Positions 10,748 through 21,104 of a stretch of DNA of 64,000 bases are shown here, in pieces. How positions within the stretch are numbered: the first letter of the stretch is position 1; each line of letters starts with the position of its first letter. The notes under the pieces are model-generated. The model worked only from the letters and a program-made list of their open reading frames with translations, did not search any database and was not told the origin of the DNA. The position numbers and the translations under genes were made by a program. Source of the stretch: an uncultured virus (IMG/VR IMGVR_UViG_3300015608_002806) (taxonomy: Duplodnaviria > Heunggongvirae > Uroviricota > Caudoviricetes); the IMG/VR virus record IMGVR_UViG_3300015608_002806; one strand, written 5' to 3'.

Positions 10748-11267
10748 CTTGTTGTGTCTCAGCTGGGGTTTCTTTTTGGAAAGAATTCAAATAATCTAGA
10801 AAATCTTTTGATTCAGATATAATTGAATGAATTTTCTCTTCATCCAAAACAACATCTCTGTGTTGAAAATTTTCCAAAATTTGAACATAATATTCACAAT
10901 AATCTCTAATTTGTTTGTTTAACATAAAATAAATACCTAAAGCCTTATTTAGCTCTTCATTTTTAGACAAAAGCAAATCTGCTTTTTTCATTTCTTCCAA
11001 AAGTGAAGATATATTTTTTAGAAAAAGTGATAAATTTTGTTCAAGTTCTTTGCTTCCTGCCTCTACTGTTGATTGCAAAGTATTAAATAAACTTTCTAAA
11101 GATTTATTAATAGAATTAATTTTTTCCTCTAACACAAAAGCATATTTTGCAAAACCAACACTTAAATCTTTTAATGTTGATTCAATTTTGTTTTTTGATT
11201 TAGCAAATAAAAAGAAAAAACTTCCAACAAATACCAACAACAATGCAAAAGTTATATATTCCATCAT
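10737..11267 (-). CDS. Hypothetical membrane-anchored coiled-coil protein
   Basis: N-terminal hydrophobic helix followed by heptad-like sequence. Confidence 0.55.
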   Translation of the reverse strand: MMEYITFALLLVFVGSFFFLFAKSKNKIESTLKDLSVGFAKYAFVLEEKINSINKSLESLFNTLQSTVEAGSKELEQNLSLFLKNISSLLEEMKKADLLLSKNEELNKALGIYFMLNKQIRDYCEYYVQILENFQHRDVVLDEEKIHSIISESKDFLDYLNSFQKETPAETQQDEQ

Positions 11268-11506
11268 TTTTCTCCATTAAAATCATCTGTTGATGATTTT
11301 TTTAAATTTTCTAATTCTTTTTTATTATTTTTTATACAATTTTTCAATGATTCATTTGTTTCTTGAGGAGAAAGAAAATTGGTATTAATTGATTTAAAAA
11401 TTTTTACCAAAAGACTTCCACATTCTGGACAATACATATTTTGTCCAGTTTTATGAAAAAACTTAAATTCATCATTGCAATTTTTGCATTTAAAATAATT
11501 TGTCAT
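11264..11506 (-). CDS. Zinc-ribbon protein (FmdB-like)
   Basis: YFKCKNC...CPECGS. Confidence 0.65.
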   Translation of the reverse strand: MTNYFKCKNCNDEFKFFHKTGQNMYCPECGSLLVKIFKSINTNFLSPQETNESLKNCIKNNKKELENLKKSSTDDFNGEK

Positions 11507-11758
11507 TTAATTTATTTTTTCACTAAAAAGATCTAATTGTAGATCGTTTGTATTGTCTTCGCTTTCATAAGAACCAAATTTTGATTCAAAATCTTCTTTT
11601 GTTATTCTGGCCAATTCAAAATTATCAATTTTAAGTTGATTATTTTCATCTAGTGAAAATTCAAATTTTTTCAACATTTCACCATAATCTGTATCTAGAG
11701 CTAAAACTTTTTGTAAACCTAATGCAAAAACAACTACAGCTTGTTCGCTTAATTTCAT
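11507..11758 (-). CDS. Hypothetical protein
   Basis: 83 aa ORF in operon, GGA upstream. Confidence 0.55.
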   Translation of the reverse strand: MKLSEQAVVVFALGLQKVLALDTDYGEMLKKFEFSLDENNQLKIDNFELARITKEDFESKFGSYESEDNTNDLQLDLFSEKIN

Positions 11759-11759
11759 A

Positions 11760-11978
11760 TTATTTTTCCTTTCTTTTTAAGAAACAAAATTCTTCTAATG
11801 TTTTACTTCTTGTATTATCAAGCAAATAATTAGTCAGTTCATTATCTTTTAATGGAATTGCTTCTACTTCTTTTTTGCCTTCATTGAAAATGAAATAAAT
11901 TTTAAATCCTTTTGATCGTTCTTCAGAAAGATCGGCAAAAAATCTATAATATTGTTCAACATTAACATTATTCATCAT
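11760..11978 (-). CDS. Hypothetical protein
   Basis: 72 aa ORF coupled by ATGA overlap. Confidence 0.5.
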   Translation of the reverse strand: MMNNVNVEQYYRFFADLSEERSKGFKIYFIFNEGKKEVEAIPLKDNELTNYLLDNTRSKTLEEFCFLKRKEK

Positions 11979-12889
11979 AGTTCTTCTATTTGCTCCTCTA
12001 TTGAAAGGATTTTAAGTAAATTTAAAAGATTTTTATTTGTTCTTAAAGATCTATCACATGATGGAATTGCTTCATGTTTATTTAGCTCAAATGATAAATT
12101 AAATTTATTCTTTATCAAAGAAACTAAATATTCTTTAGAAATTTCATCTGCCCATAAATTTTTGGATTTTGAATACAAATGAAATACGCCATATTTATAT
12201 AAATCTTTTTGAATAATTTGATGACATACTTTTGAAAATTCTTTTGTTGTCATTCCATTCCAATAATGATTTACATATCCTGAAACTTTTTCGGTTTGTT
12301 TTTTTGTCCATTCAAGCAAAGAATTAAAATTCTTAATTTCTTGACCTATAATTGACGTTCTTAACAACATACATAAATTTGACTCGCCTAAGCTTTTAGT
12401 AATTCCATAAACATCATTAGCGTCATGAGCATCATTTTCAGTATATTTTCCTTTTTTGCCATTGAAAACACAATCAGTTCCTATTTGAATTAATTTAATA
12501 TTCAATTTATCACATACTTGCGCTAGAAGCAATGGAAATTCTGAATTTGTTTTTATTGCAGAAAGTTTATTGTCACAATAAGGTTTAATTAAACCAATGC
12601 AATTTATCATATAAATATCATTAGATTTTAATTCTTGAACAAAATCATTAATATAAGATTCCAACATAAATTCATTTGTTTGAACTTCAAAATAGTTATG
12701 AATTATTTTTCTTGGATAAATATTATATTTTGATAAATCGGTTGTTTTTGTAAGTAATTTGACATCATCAAATTCCTTTCTTGTTGTGAATAAAATATTA
12801 TATTCTGTTTTTTCAACAAAATGTTGAAAAACAGCACATCCCAGCATTCCAGTAGCACCTAAAATAATAATAGATTTATTTTTTTCCAT
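11975..12889 (-). CDS. NDP-4-keto-6-deoxyhexose reductase (RmlD/QnlA-like SDR)
   Basis: GATGMLG, INCIG, TDCVFNG, YGITK.LGE, RTSIIG. Confidence 0.85.
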   Translation of the reverse strand: MEKNKSIIILGATGMLGCAVFQHFVEKTEYNILFTTRKEFDDVKLLTKTTDLSKYNIYPRKIIHNYFEVQTNEFMLESYINDFVQELKSNDIYMINCIGLIKPYCDNKLSAIKTNSEFPLLLAQVCDKLNIKLIQIGTDCVFNGKKGKYTENDAHDANDVYGITKSLGESNLCMLLRTSIIGQEIKNFNSLLEWTKKQTEKVSGYVNHYWNGMTTKEFSKVCHQIIQKDLYKYGVFHLYSKSKNLWADEISKEYLVSLIKNKFNLSFELNKHEAIPSCDRSLRTNKNLLNLLKILSIEEQIEEL

Positions 12890-13202
12890 AAATTTGCTCC
12901 ATTTGTTCCATTTGTTTTGGAAGTTTATTAGTCAATTCAGAAAAAAACATATAAAAATCTGATCTTTTTGCCAAAACAGGATTTCTAAAAGCAGCTGGTA
13001 TATTTTTTTCTATAACAAAATGACTAAACCATGCAAATGGATAAACAACAAACCATGCTAATGGCAAATAAATAAAATTATTTGTTCTAAAACACCAATA
13101 AATAAATAAAAATGTCATAAAAATTCCAATATAATGGAACATTCTTGTTCCTAATTTTCTGTGTTTAGAAAGATATCCTAAATAATAGTCATTAAATTTC
13201 AT
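12876..13202 (-). CDS. DUF962/Mpo1-like membrane protein
   Basis: YL..H....R.FHYIG, AWFSHFVIEKN.PA.F, SDFYMF. Confidence 0.8.
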   Translation of the reverse strand: MKFNDYYLGYLSKHRKLGTRMFHYIGIFMTFLFIYWCFRTNNFIYLPLAWFVVYPFAWFSHFVIEKNIPAAFRNPVLAKRSDFYMFFSELTNKLPKQMEQMEQIYGKK

Positions 13203-13654
13203 CTAAAATTATCCTCCCATAATTTAGTTCCAAAACAATCCCAAGCAAGTCTAAAATCATCGTTTTGAGATTCTTCTAAAGATTTATCAGAAAAAAATTG
13301 AATTATTGTTCCTGGTTCAAGTATTTTAAATCCATGAAAAATCGGACTAACACCATCAGGAATAAGTTTTAAGATCTGTGGTTTGCTTGCATCAAGAATA
13401 TATGATTTCTGAACACCTTTTGTCGTTGCAATATGTAACAATATAGCACCTTTTGCTACATATACATATTTTGTTTCTCTTTTGTGTCCATGAAATGCAC
13501 GAATTGAATCAACTTTTCTGTTTTCAACCTGATAAAATCTTACAATTTTATTCCATTCATTAAAATCATTGAAAAATGATAAATATCCTCTATCGTCAAA
13601 GAAAGAATTACCTGTAAATAATTTTTCTTCAACTGAAGAATTATTGCTTGACAT
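13199..13654 (-). CDS. Cupin sugar epimerase/isomerase (RmlC/FdtA-like)
   Basis: DDRGYL, IRAFHGH..E.KY, HGFK, DDFR. Confidence 0.8.
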   Translation of the reverse strand: MSSNNSSVEEKLFTGNSFFDDRGYLSFFNDFNEWNKIVRFYQVENRKVDSIRAFHGHKRETKYVYVAKGAILLHIATTKGVQKSYILDASKPQILKLIPDGVSPIFHGFKILEPGTIIQFFSDKSLEESQNDDFRLAWDCFGTKLWEDNFR

Positions 13655-13859
13655 TCTTGTCTCCTTCTTTTTTCTTTTTTTCTTTATTTATATAAATTCT
13701 ATCAACGCCTAAAGTTGCCGCTAGTTCAATTAGCGAATCTTGTGATTTTTTATCTTGTGTTTCAAATATAATTTGAACAAATTTCTTTTTATCTACTTCT
13801 AGCAGAGCTTCCCAAATTAATTCAAATTTTTCAAGATTTGATTTACTTGAATTTTCCAT
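13641..13859 (-). CDS. Hypothetical protein
   Basis: 72 aa ORF overlapping both neighbours. Confidence 0.5.
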   Translation of the reverse strand: MENSSKSNLEKFELIWEALLEVDKKKFVQIIFETQDKKSQDSLIELAATLGVDRIYINKEKKKKEGDKNVKQ

Positions 13860-14805
13860 TATTTTCCTTCATGAATTGAGCATTATAGTAAACAGAATCA
13901 TAAACATTTGAAAATCTATTTTCTTTTATTAGAGAAATCATTTCGGATACACATAATTCTAATTTTTTTTGAGGTTTCCATATTTTTAATTTCAAAAATT
14001 TATCACCAGATACTTTATAATTTCTGGTATCTTGAAATGGAACATCGTTATAAACGATGTCTGAACCACCACCTATTTTCGCTATAGCTCTAGCTAAATC
14101 TGCAATTTTCCAATTGTCATCAACAAGATTGTAGATACCAGTAACTCGATTGTCAACCGCTGCTTTTATTGCAGTAGCAATATCTTCAACATGAATTAAT
14201 GGTCTCCATTGATCACCACCAAAAACGGTAATTGTTTCATTGTTGGCTGCCTTAATTGACAAAACATTAACCACTAAATCAAATCTCATTCTACATAAAG
14301 CATCTGCCATTCCATAAACAGTCCCCAATCTAAACATACAAAAATTATTATGTTTATTTTTTAATATATTTTCAGATTCTAATTTATTTAGAGCATACCA
14401 AGACAAAGGATTTGTTTCAGAATTTTCATCTAATAATTTATCATTCATTCCATATACAGAACAAGTAGACATTGAAAATAAATAACCTTTGTAATTTTCA
14501 GCCAACCAATCAACAGCTCTAACATTTACATCATATGCCAATTCTTTGTTAGCCTGACATGCTGGATCTCCAACAATACCAGCTAAATTTATAACAACAT
14601 CATAATTATTAATTATTGATTTAAGTTTTTTGTAATCTCTAATATCACCATATATAAATTTAACTTTTTTAAGATAATTTCTTTCAAAAGAAAGATTGTC
14701 ATAAACTGTCAAATCATAATGATCAGAATTTAAAAATTCATTTACAGTATGACCACCAATATATCCAACGCCACCAAGAATTAAAATTGTTGTTTTTTTA
14801 TTCAT
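13843..14805 (-). CDS. NAD-dependent epimerase/dehydratase (extended SDR)
   Basis: GGVGYIG, LAGIVGDPAC, STCSVYG, Y.LNK, RFDLVVN, WRPLIHV.D. Confidence 0.9.
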   Translation of the reverse strand: MNKKTTILILGGVGYIGGHTVNEFLNSDHYDLTVYDNLSFERNYLKKVKFIYGDIRDYKKLKSIINNYDVVINLAGIVGDPACQANKELAYDVNVRAVDWLAENYKGYLFSMSTCSVYGMNDKLLDENSETNPLSWYALNKLESENILKNKHNNFCMFRLGTVYGMADALCRMRFDLVVNVLSIKAANNETITVFGGDQWRPLIHVEDIATAIKAAVDNRVTGIYNLVDDNWKIADLARAIAKIGGGSDIVYNDVPFQDTRNYKVSGDKFLKLKIWKPQKKLELCVSEMISLIKENRFSNVYDSVYYNAQFMKENNGKFK

Positions 14806-14810
14806 TTAAA

Positions 14811-15023
14811 TTATTCTGGTTTTGACAAAAATGATTTGAAAAATTCTTTAACATCACCAGACGCTTTTAGTTCATCTACAGTAAATGTTTTGTTTTTAAA
14901 TTCATCTGAATTATCCTTAAATTCAACAAAATCTTTTGGATACTTCAGAAGAGTTTTGCCAACTGTTGGCTCTCCACAATCAGTTTTTGACCACGCTCTA
15001 ATTACTTTCTTTGTTAGATTCAT
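14811..15023 (-). CDS. Hypothetical protein
   Basis: 70 aa ORF filling the operon gap. Confidence 0.45.
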   Translation of the reverse strand: MNLTKKVIRAWSKTDCGEPTVGKTLLKYPKDFVEFKDNSDEFKNKTFTVDELKASGDVKEFFKSFLSKPE

Positions 15024-16002
15024 ACTTTTTTATCTTCTCCTTTAATTCTTCAACTTTTAATCTTTCTGCAAAAGTTGAATTATAACTAAATCCTTCTTTT
15101 ACCTTTTTTGCATTAAAACTTCTAATCCAATTTTCTTTATCCCATCTAGGGGCCACAGGATTAATTACAAAATAATCCTTGCAGTCATAGGTGTGGAGTG
15201 CGTCTGTCTCTGTAATCATTTCCTCAATTAATTTTTCGCCATTTCTCATGCCAACTATGATTCGTTCACACTTGTTTTCAGGATCCATGGCGTCAACCAA
15301 ATCCATAATAGAATATGCTTTTAATTTTGGTATAAAAATTTCTCCACCCCAGCTATATTTAATAGCCTTAAACAACATTTCAACTCCATCTTCTGCTGTA
15401 ATTGAAAATCTTGTCATTTTTTTATCAGTAATCCAAAGCTTTCCTTCTTTCTTCTGTTTCAAGAAAAAAGGAACAACTGATCCTCTCGATCCAAATACAT
15501 TTCCATATCTAACAACGGAAAATCTTGTTGTTCTATTTGAAGGAAGATTATTTGCTGATACAAATAATTTATCTGAGCACATTTTTGTGGCTCCATATAA
15601 ATTACCCGGAGCTGCTGCTTTATCAGTGGACATTGCTACAACAACATCAACATTGTTGTGTATAGCTGCATTGATTAAATTTTGAGCACCAATTATATTG
15701 GTCATTATGCATTCATAAGGATTTTCTTCAGCAATTGATACATGTTTCATTGCAGCACAATGAACAATAATTTCAATATCAGAACATGCTTGTTTAACTC
15801 TATCGTAATCTCTGATGTCTCCTATAATAAATTGTATTTGTGGATACAAATCTTTAGGATATCTAAGAGACATCTCATATTGTTTCATTTCATCTCTAGA
15901 AAAAATGACAAGTTTTTCAAGAATGTCTTTATAATACTGTAAAGCCATTTCTACAAACTTTGATCCAACAGATCCTGTTCCGCCAGTAACTAATATTTTC
16001 AT
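14998..16002 (-). CDS. pseB: UDP-N-acetylglucosamine 4,6-dehydratase (inverting), PseB/FlaA1 family
   Basis: TGGTGS.G, FSRDE.KQ, AAMKHV..AE.NP, STDKA, LYGATK, RYGNV.GSRGSVVP, MTRF. Confidence 0.9.
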   Translation of the reverse strand: MKILVTGGTGSVGSKFVEMALQYYKDILEKLVIFSRDEMKQYEMSLRYPKDLYPQIQFIIGDIRDYDRVKQACSDIEIIVHCAAMKHVSIAEENPYECIMTNIIGAQNLINAAIHNNVDVVVAMSTDKAAAPGNLYGATKMCSDKLFVSANNLPSNRTTRFSVVRYGNVFGSRGSVVPFFLKQKKEGKLWITDKKMTRFSITAEDGVEMLFKAIKYSWGGEIFIPKLKAYSIMDLVDAMDPENKCERIIVGMRNGEKLIEEMITETDALHTYDCKDYFVINPVAPRWDKENWIRSFNAKKVKEGFSYNSTFAERLKVEELKEKIKKYESNKESN

Positions 16003-16359
16003 TTAAGACTCATTATTGTAATTTTTTGTTTCTGGATTAAAAAAAGATTTTTCTTTATTGTTTTTATATGCGTCAATCATTGATATTACTTTTTGATCAA
16101 TGCATTTTTTCAATCTAGACCTTTCCAAGACAAGTTTAACATCTTGATTTGCAGCCCAAGCTTTAAAATCCTTTGTTGCTGTTTCTTTCATTACATCGTC
16201 TTTTAGTCTATAAAGTTTATAATTACAAATTGTTAACCTGTCAACAAGTTCACCCAAAGAAATTAAATCTTCATAAATATTTTCTGTGTATTCATAAACA
16301 CATTCTTTATCTTTTTCAAATGCTTTTTCAATAATTTTTTCAACTTCATCAGAAATCAT
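16003..16359 (-). CDS. Small helical protein of a type found in glycosylation clusters
   Basis: SLGELVDRLTI.N.K...ER..LK..ID pattern. Confidence 0.55.
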   Translation of the reverse strand: MISDEVEKIIEKAFEKDKECVYEYTENIYEDLISLGELVDRLTICNYKLYRLKDDVMKETATKDFKAWAANQDVKLVLERSRLKKCIDQKVISMIDAYKNNKEKSFFNPETKNYNNES

Positions 16360-17044
16360 CTACCAGGACCCCCATATTTTGCGTGCCATTTGATACCATC
16401 ACAATATGAATAACATTGCGTTGGGTTGTCAATATTTAAAAAAGAAATTTTTTCCATGCTGCCAATTTTTTCTTTTAGCTCATCACCAAGGCATTGTTCT
16501 GATGTATATTCATTTGTAATTTTAATATTTGTAAACACTTTTGATTCATTTGCAAATTTACCATCCACTAAAAATAAACAACAAATAAAATCCCACATTT
16601 GATAATCAACAAATCTAGACCATAAAACACCATCAGAAGAATGCTCTCTTTGATGTAGTGGTCTAGATACAAGTGCAATTTTATTATTTAGCTTCATATC
16701 TTCATATCGTCTTTTAAAAGACGTGGCATCATAAATTAATGTATCTCCAGTAAGTGCTACAATTAAATCATATTTTTTTCATTGCATTTTGTGAATAAAA
16801 ATGAAAAATTCCTACAAATAGCATTTGATGGTAGTTTTATTTTTTCAATTTTTTCTGAAAGATCTGGTAATTTATACCATTTAACATTTTTTAAATCACT
16901 AATATCCAAATCATATCCGCTATCTGACTGACAAATGTATACATCAGCATCAGGATATATAGAATTTATTTCTATACAAGAAGAAATAACACATTCGTTT
17001 TCATCATACATTGAAATTAAAAAAGCTGGTTTAAAACTATTCAT
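16356..17044 (-). pseudogene. Frameshifted glycosyltransferase-like gene (ORFs 16763..17044 and 16356..16697 join by a -1 shift at an A7 run)
   Basis: One extra A at 16773-16779 gives a continuous 229 aa frame ...NEKKYDLIVALTGDTLIYD...EDMKLNN... Confidence 0.7.
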
Positions 17045-18150
17045 AATATAATGGTCTCCGAGTTTATAGAAAGTAATTGATTTTTAATTTCTTCATTATA
17101 TACACCCATTTCACATATAACAACAAAATTTTCATCTTTTATTATTGAAGGATCATAAGTTTTTAATTTTGTTGAATATAAAAATTTATTTTGTTTTGAT
17201 TTTGCATTATCAATAACACCGTAAATTCGTGATTCATCCAATCCAAAAGAAATTAAAAGTTGTGCAGGATAATGAGCACCATAAAGCAATATTTTTTTGT
17301 TAATATATTGATTTTTTATCAAATCATTGTAAACAGATACCTTGTCTTTATATTTTTCAATTATTCCCTTTATTTTAAAAGAATAATCATAATGATTGTA
17401 TTTTATATTTTGTTTATTTATTTTTTCAGCAAACACAAACCATGAATGATTTTTAAATTTTTGCCATTTTATAACAGAAAATCCAGATTTTAACAACATT
17501 TCATCTAAATGTGAAGGATCTGCAAAAAATGTATGTTCAAAATGCATTCCTGCAATTGGTAAATTTTCTGTTTCTACAAACCACTCAAATTGAGGTATTG
17601 ATAAAAATAATTTAACATCTTTTTTTGTAGATTTATGCAATTTTTTTAAATCTTGCATTGGATTCAATAGGTGCTCAAAAGTGTGAGACATGATTAAAAC
17701 ATCAACATCTTCAGGAATTTTTGCATTTTTCAGAAAAGATTTAATAAATTGCACATTTTTTACATTTTCAGAAGGATTTGGTTCGACAATAAACCAATTT
17801 TCATAATTCATAAGAGATGCTAATTTTCCAACAGGATCTCCTACCTCAAGAACATTTTTAAATTGACTATTTTCATTAATGAATGAACAAAAATCATTAT
17901 TATGTTCTATCCAAGTTTTTCCAATAATTTCTGTATTGTGATTTGATTTTTTATATAAAAAATTTTCTTCAATTAAATTTTCAATTTGAATTCCCAAACA
18001 TTTTTTGCATTTTACATAAATTAATTGACCTTGCCAATGAGTATTGTCATTTTCTTCAACGGCGCCCATAAATAAAGGAACATTATTTATACACTCAATT
18101 AATTCAAAGCTATCATGAGCACCACAAAACACACATTTGTTTCTATCCAT
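17041..18150 (-). CDS. SAM-dependent methyltransferase, sugar C-methyltransferase-like
   Basis: N-terminal CxxC...CxxC, VLEVG, SHTFEH, EHTFF, LYGA...DNAKSKQ.K.L. Confidence 0.8.
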   Translation of the reverse strand: MDRNKCVFCGAHDSFELIECINNVPLFMGAVEENDNTHWQGQLIYVKCKKCLGIQIENLIEENFLYKKSNHNTEIIGKTWIEHNNDFCSFINENSQFKNVLEVGDPVGKLASLMNYENWFIVEPNPSENVKNVQFIKSFLKNAKIPEDVDVLIMSHTFEHLLNPMQDLKKLHKSTKKDVKLFLSIPQFEWFVETENLPIAGMHFEHTFFADPSHLDEMLLKSGFSVIKWQKFKNHSWFVFAEKINKQNIKYNHYDYSFKIKGIIEKYKDKVSVYNDLIKNQYINKKILLYGAHYPAQLLISFGLDESRIYGVIDNAKSKQNKFLYSTKLKTYDPSIIKDENFVVICEMGVYNEEIKNQLLSINSETIIL

Positions 18151-19541
18151 TATTTTTTCCCAAAATTATTTTCAAAAAATTGAAGATCTAAAGGATCTCC
18201 AGGTCCATAAAATGCATCCACATCATAAGAAATAATTTTTTTATTATCTTTTATTAATTCATTAAATACAGGGCAAACATAAAATTCATTATTTACTCTT
18301 TTGTTTTGTAATATCATTTTTTTTGCAGATGAAACAAAATCTTTTCCTGATTTTATATAATACAAACCAGTAGTGGCATGATTTGAAATTGGTAATTTTT
18401 CTGCAACTTCTTCAACATATTCATTATTACAATCCAATCTAGCATATGAAAATTTTGGATGAGAATTATTAAACGTCAATATACCACCATCAGCACCAGA
18501 TAAAATCATTTTATCCATAAAAACAGAAGAATCCCATTCCATATATTGGTCTGAATTACAAATAATCAATGGTGTATCATTATTTATTAATGATTCAGCT
18601 AATAAAACTGTACAAGCAGCACCTTCAGTTACTCCATCAATTTGAATTATTTTACAATTAGGTGCAATTAAATTCAATAAATATCCTAAATTATATTTTT
18701 CATAATGTTCTTTTTGTACAAGAAAAATATAATTGGCCTCAATATTAATATTCTCAACAACAACCTGAATCATTGGCTTGCCATTTAGTGAATTTATCGG
18801 GATTAATGGCTTAGGAAATGTATATCCTGCCTTTTCAAACCTAGAACCACGTCCAGCCATTGGAATTACAATATTCATTGTTGTTTTTGACCATTTTTTA
18901 TTTAATTTAATTAAATTACTTTGATTTCTTGTATAAGAAATAATTTTTTCATAAGTAAAATCATTAGAATCACTAACAGGACAAACCAAACCACCTGATT
19001 CAATAGCTGCTAATTTCCCAAAATACGAATCTTCAATAATCAAACATTCTTTTGGAAGACATTGCGTTTCAATAAATGCTTTAAGATAAATTTCAGGATG
19101 AGGTTTTGTATTTTTTACATCATTATTTGTAAATATAAAATCAAAATAATCAAAATACCCAGCCATTTTTAAAGCTAATTCAGCGTTTTTTCTTATTGAA
19201 TTAGTGCAACAAGCTAAAATAAAACCATCTTCTTTTAATTTTGATAAAATACCTTGAATTCTAAAATTTGGTTTGATTTTTTTTAATTCAATTTCAGTAA
19301 ATTTTTGTTTTAATTCAGATATTTTTTCATGCAAAGCACTATCTAAATTTTTTGTTTGGGTTAAAATATTTAATTTTACTTTTGTGGATTTTCCATCAAA
19401 ATATTTTATATGATCTTCATATGAAATAACATGATTTGGCGATATTTTGGCCAATGCATCATTTAATGCTTGAAAGTGAACATGTTTTATGTCTAAAATT
19501 GTTCCATCTAAATCACAAAGTATTGCTTTAATATTTGACAT
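18150..19541 (-). CDS. HAD-family phosphatase fused to a sugar-phosphate nucleotidyltransferase
   Basis: DLDGT, KPHPEIY, IEDS; then IPMAGRGSRF...PKPLI, TEGAACT, NSDQ, RVNNEFYV.P. Confidence 0.85.
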   Translation of the reverse strand: MSNIKAILCDLDGTILDIKHVHFQALNDALAKISPNHVISYEDHIKYFDGKSTKVKLNILTQTKNLDSALHEKISELKQKFTEIELKKIKPNFRIQGILSKLKEDGFILACCTNSIRKNAELALKMAGYFDYFDFIFTNNDVKNTKPHPEIYLKAFIETQCLPKECLIIEDSYFGKLAAIESGGLVCPVSDSNDFTYEKIISYTRNQSNLIKLNKKWSKTTMNIVIPMAGRGSRFEKAGYTFPKPLIPINSLNGKPMIQVVVENINIEANYIFLVQKEHYEKYNLGYLLNLIAPNCKIIQIDGVTEGAACTVLLAESLINNDTPLIICNSDQYMEWDSSVFMDKMILSGADGGILTFNNSHPKFSYARLDCNNEYVEEVAEKLPISNHATTGLYYIKSGKDFVSSAKKMILQNKRVNNEFYVCPVFNELIKDNKKIISYDVDAFYGPGDPLDLQFFENNFGKK

Positions 19542-19542
19542 A

Positions 19543-20055
19543 TTATGACATTATTATTTTTTTATTTAAATTTTGTTGAACAATTAATGGATAATCAGTA
19601 CAAATTGCATAAATTTTACTATCATTGTATTTATTGATAGTTTTTTCAAAATATTTTTTTGAAACAAGTTCTGGCATTACACAAATAGACCAGTCAAATA
19701 ATTTAGATTTTGGATAACTCCAAATTAATCCATTTTTTGTCAATGTAACACTGTCTTGATCATGATAGAAAAAATCAATTTGTCCTTCAAATTGTTCTTT
19801 AAACAAAGTATTACAACATCTATTTAAAGTTTCAATATTTTTACAATGAAAAAATACATGAACAAAACCAAAATCAAATGTATCTAAATCAATTATTTCT
19901 TGAGGATGATCATGGCCTAAATACCAATTTCCATCAATGTATCTTATATCAAGCTCAATATTTATATTCATTCTAATACATTCATTAATTGAATCAATTG
20001 TATTTTCTTTAATAAAATCAGGACCTCTAAGTAAAGCTCTATGAGCAATGATCAT
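19543..20055 (-). CDS. Glycerophosphodiester phosphodiesterase-like protein
   Basis: IAHRA..EN, ELDI, LGHD, HCKN, ICTDY. Confidence 0.75.
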   Translation of the reverse strand: MIIAHRALLRGPDFIKENTIDSINECIRMNINIELDIRYIDGNWYLGHDHPQEIIDLDTFDFGFVHVFFHCKNIETLNRCCNTLFKEQFEGQIDFFYHDQDSVTLTKNGLIWSYPKSKLFDWSICVMPELVSKKYFEKTINKYNDSKIYAICTDYPLIVQQNLNKKIIMS

Positions 20056-21100
20056 CTTGTTCTCCTGTTTTTAAATTTTTTCTAATAAAGAAAATAACTT
20101 CATCAATACTTTGGTCAAGCGGTATTTTTGCTTCAAAATTTAAAATTTCTTTAGCTTTTGTTGTATCAGATTGTCTATACTGCACATCATTTTCAAAAGG
20201 TTTAAGATACTCAAATTCAGGAGTACAATTATGTATTTTTTGCCATACTTTGATTGCTAATTCTTTAACAGATGTTGTTTCTGATGTTGATATATTAAAA
20301 TCTTCATTTGTTGCTTTATCAGACTCAATAGCCAATCTTATTCCACGAGCAATATCTTTTCCATTTGTATATTGCCTAACTTGATTTCCATCTCCTAAAA
20401 TAAAACATTTATCTTGTGGCTTAGAATTTAAAGCTCTATTGATTAAATCTGGAAGAACATGAGACATAAGCATTTTTTGATTTCCAATTAAAACTTCTGA
20501 CTCTTCTAAAGATTTACCTTCATTTTCACCAACACAATTAAATGGCCTTAGAATTGTATAATTTAATTTATATTGCTGCAATGCACCTTTTACATAATAT
20601 TCACTGTGTAATTTTGATGCTCCATATGTTGTATATGGTATTTTTGTATCTTTTATTGAATGCTCTGGTGTTGGAAACAAATCAGTTGCCTCAAAAACCA
20701 TACTTGATGAGATTTGTATAATTTTCTTAAACCAACCATCAATATTTCCTTTGATGCATAGATCAATAACATTGGAATTTATTCTATCATTAGCAGATAT
20801 TAAATCATATGCTTTAGCAGTAAAATAACTAATTCCACCAATTTTAGCTGCTAAATTAATAACATATTGTGGTTTAAATTTAAAAAAAATTTTTGAAAAC
20901 TTTTTATAATCTTTTACAATGTCCAATTTTACATATTTATGATTTTTGTGAGAATCAAACCATCTTGAAACAGGTCCATATTTTTCTTCATTATCTACAG
21001 CTAAAACATTATAATTATTTTCAAGCAATTCAGGAATTAAATGACTTGATATAAAGCCACGCCCACCAGTAACCAATACTTTTGTTTTTTTATTTTTCAT
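20039..21100 (-). CDS. NAD-dependent nucleotide-sugar epimerase/decarboxylase (extended SDR)
   Basis: TGGRGFI, LAAKIGGI, SSSMV, YGASK, RPFNCVG, GDGNQVR. Confidence 0.85.
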   Translation of the reverse strand: MKNKKTKVLVTGGRGFISSHLIPELLENNYNVLAVDNEEKYGPVSRWFDSHKNHKYVKLDIVKDYKKFSKIFFKFKPQYVINLAAKIGGISYFTAKAYDLISANDRINSNVIDLCIKGNIDGWFKKIIQISSSMVFEATDLFPTPEHSIKDTKIPYTTYGASKLHSEYYVKGALQQYKLNYTILRPFNCVGENEGKSLEESEVLIGNQKMLMSHVLPDLINRALNSKPQDKCFILGDGNQVRQYTNGKDIARGIRLAIESDKATNEDFNISTSETTSVKELAIKVWQKIHNCTPEFEYLKPFENDVQYRQSDTTKAKEILNFEAKIPLDQSIDEVIFFIRKNLKTGEQDDHCS

Positions 21101-21104
21101 AATA

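Noticed and set aside
15191..15685. Antisense ORFs in the track (e.g. 15191..15685, 36948..37262, 49353..49778, 50265..50549, 56570..56986, 57351..57596, 62829..63047)
   Set aside because: They lie opposite well-supported genes, lack RBS or motifs, and are the expected shadows of codon bias.
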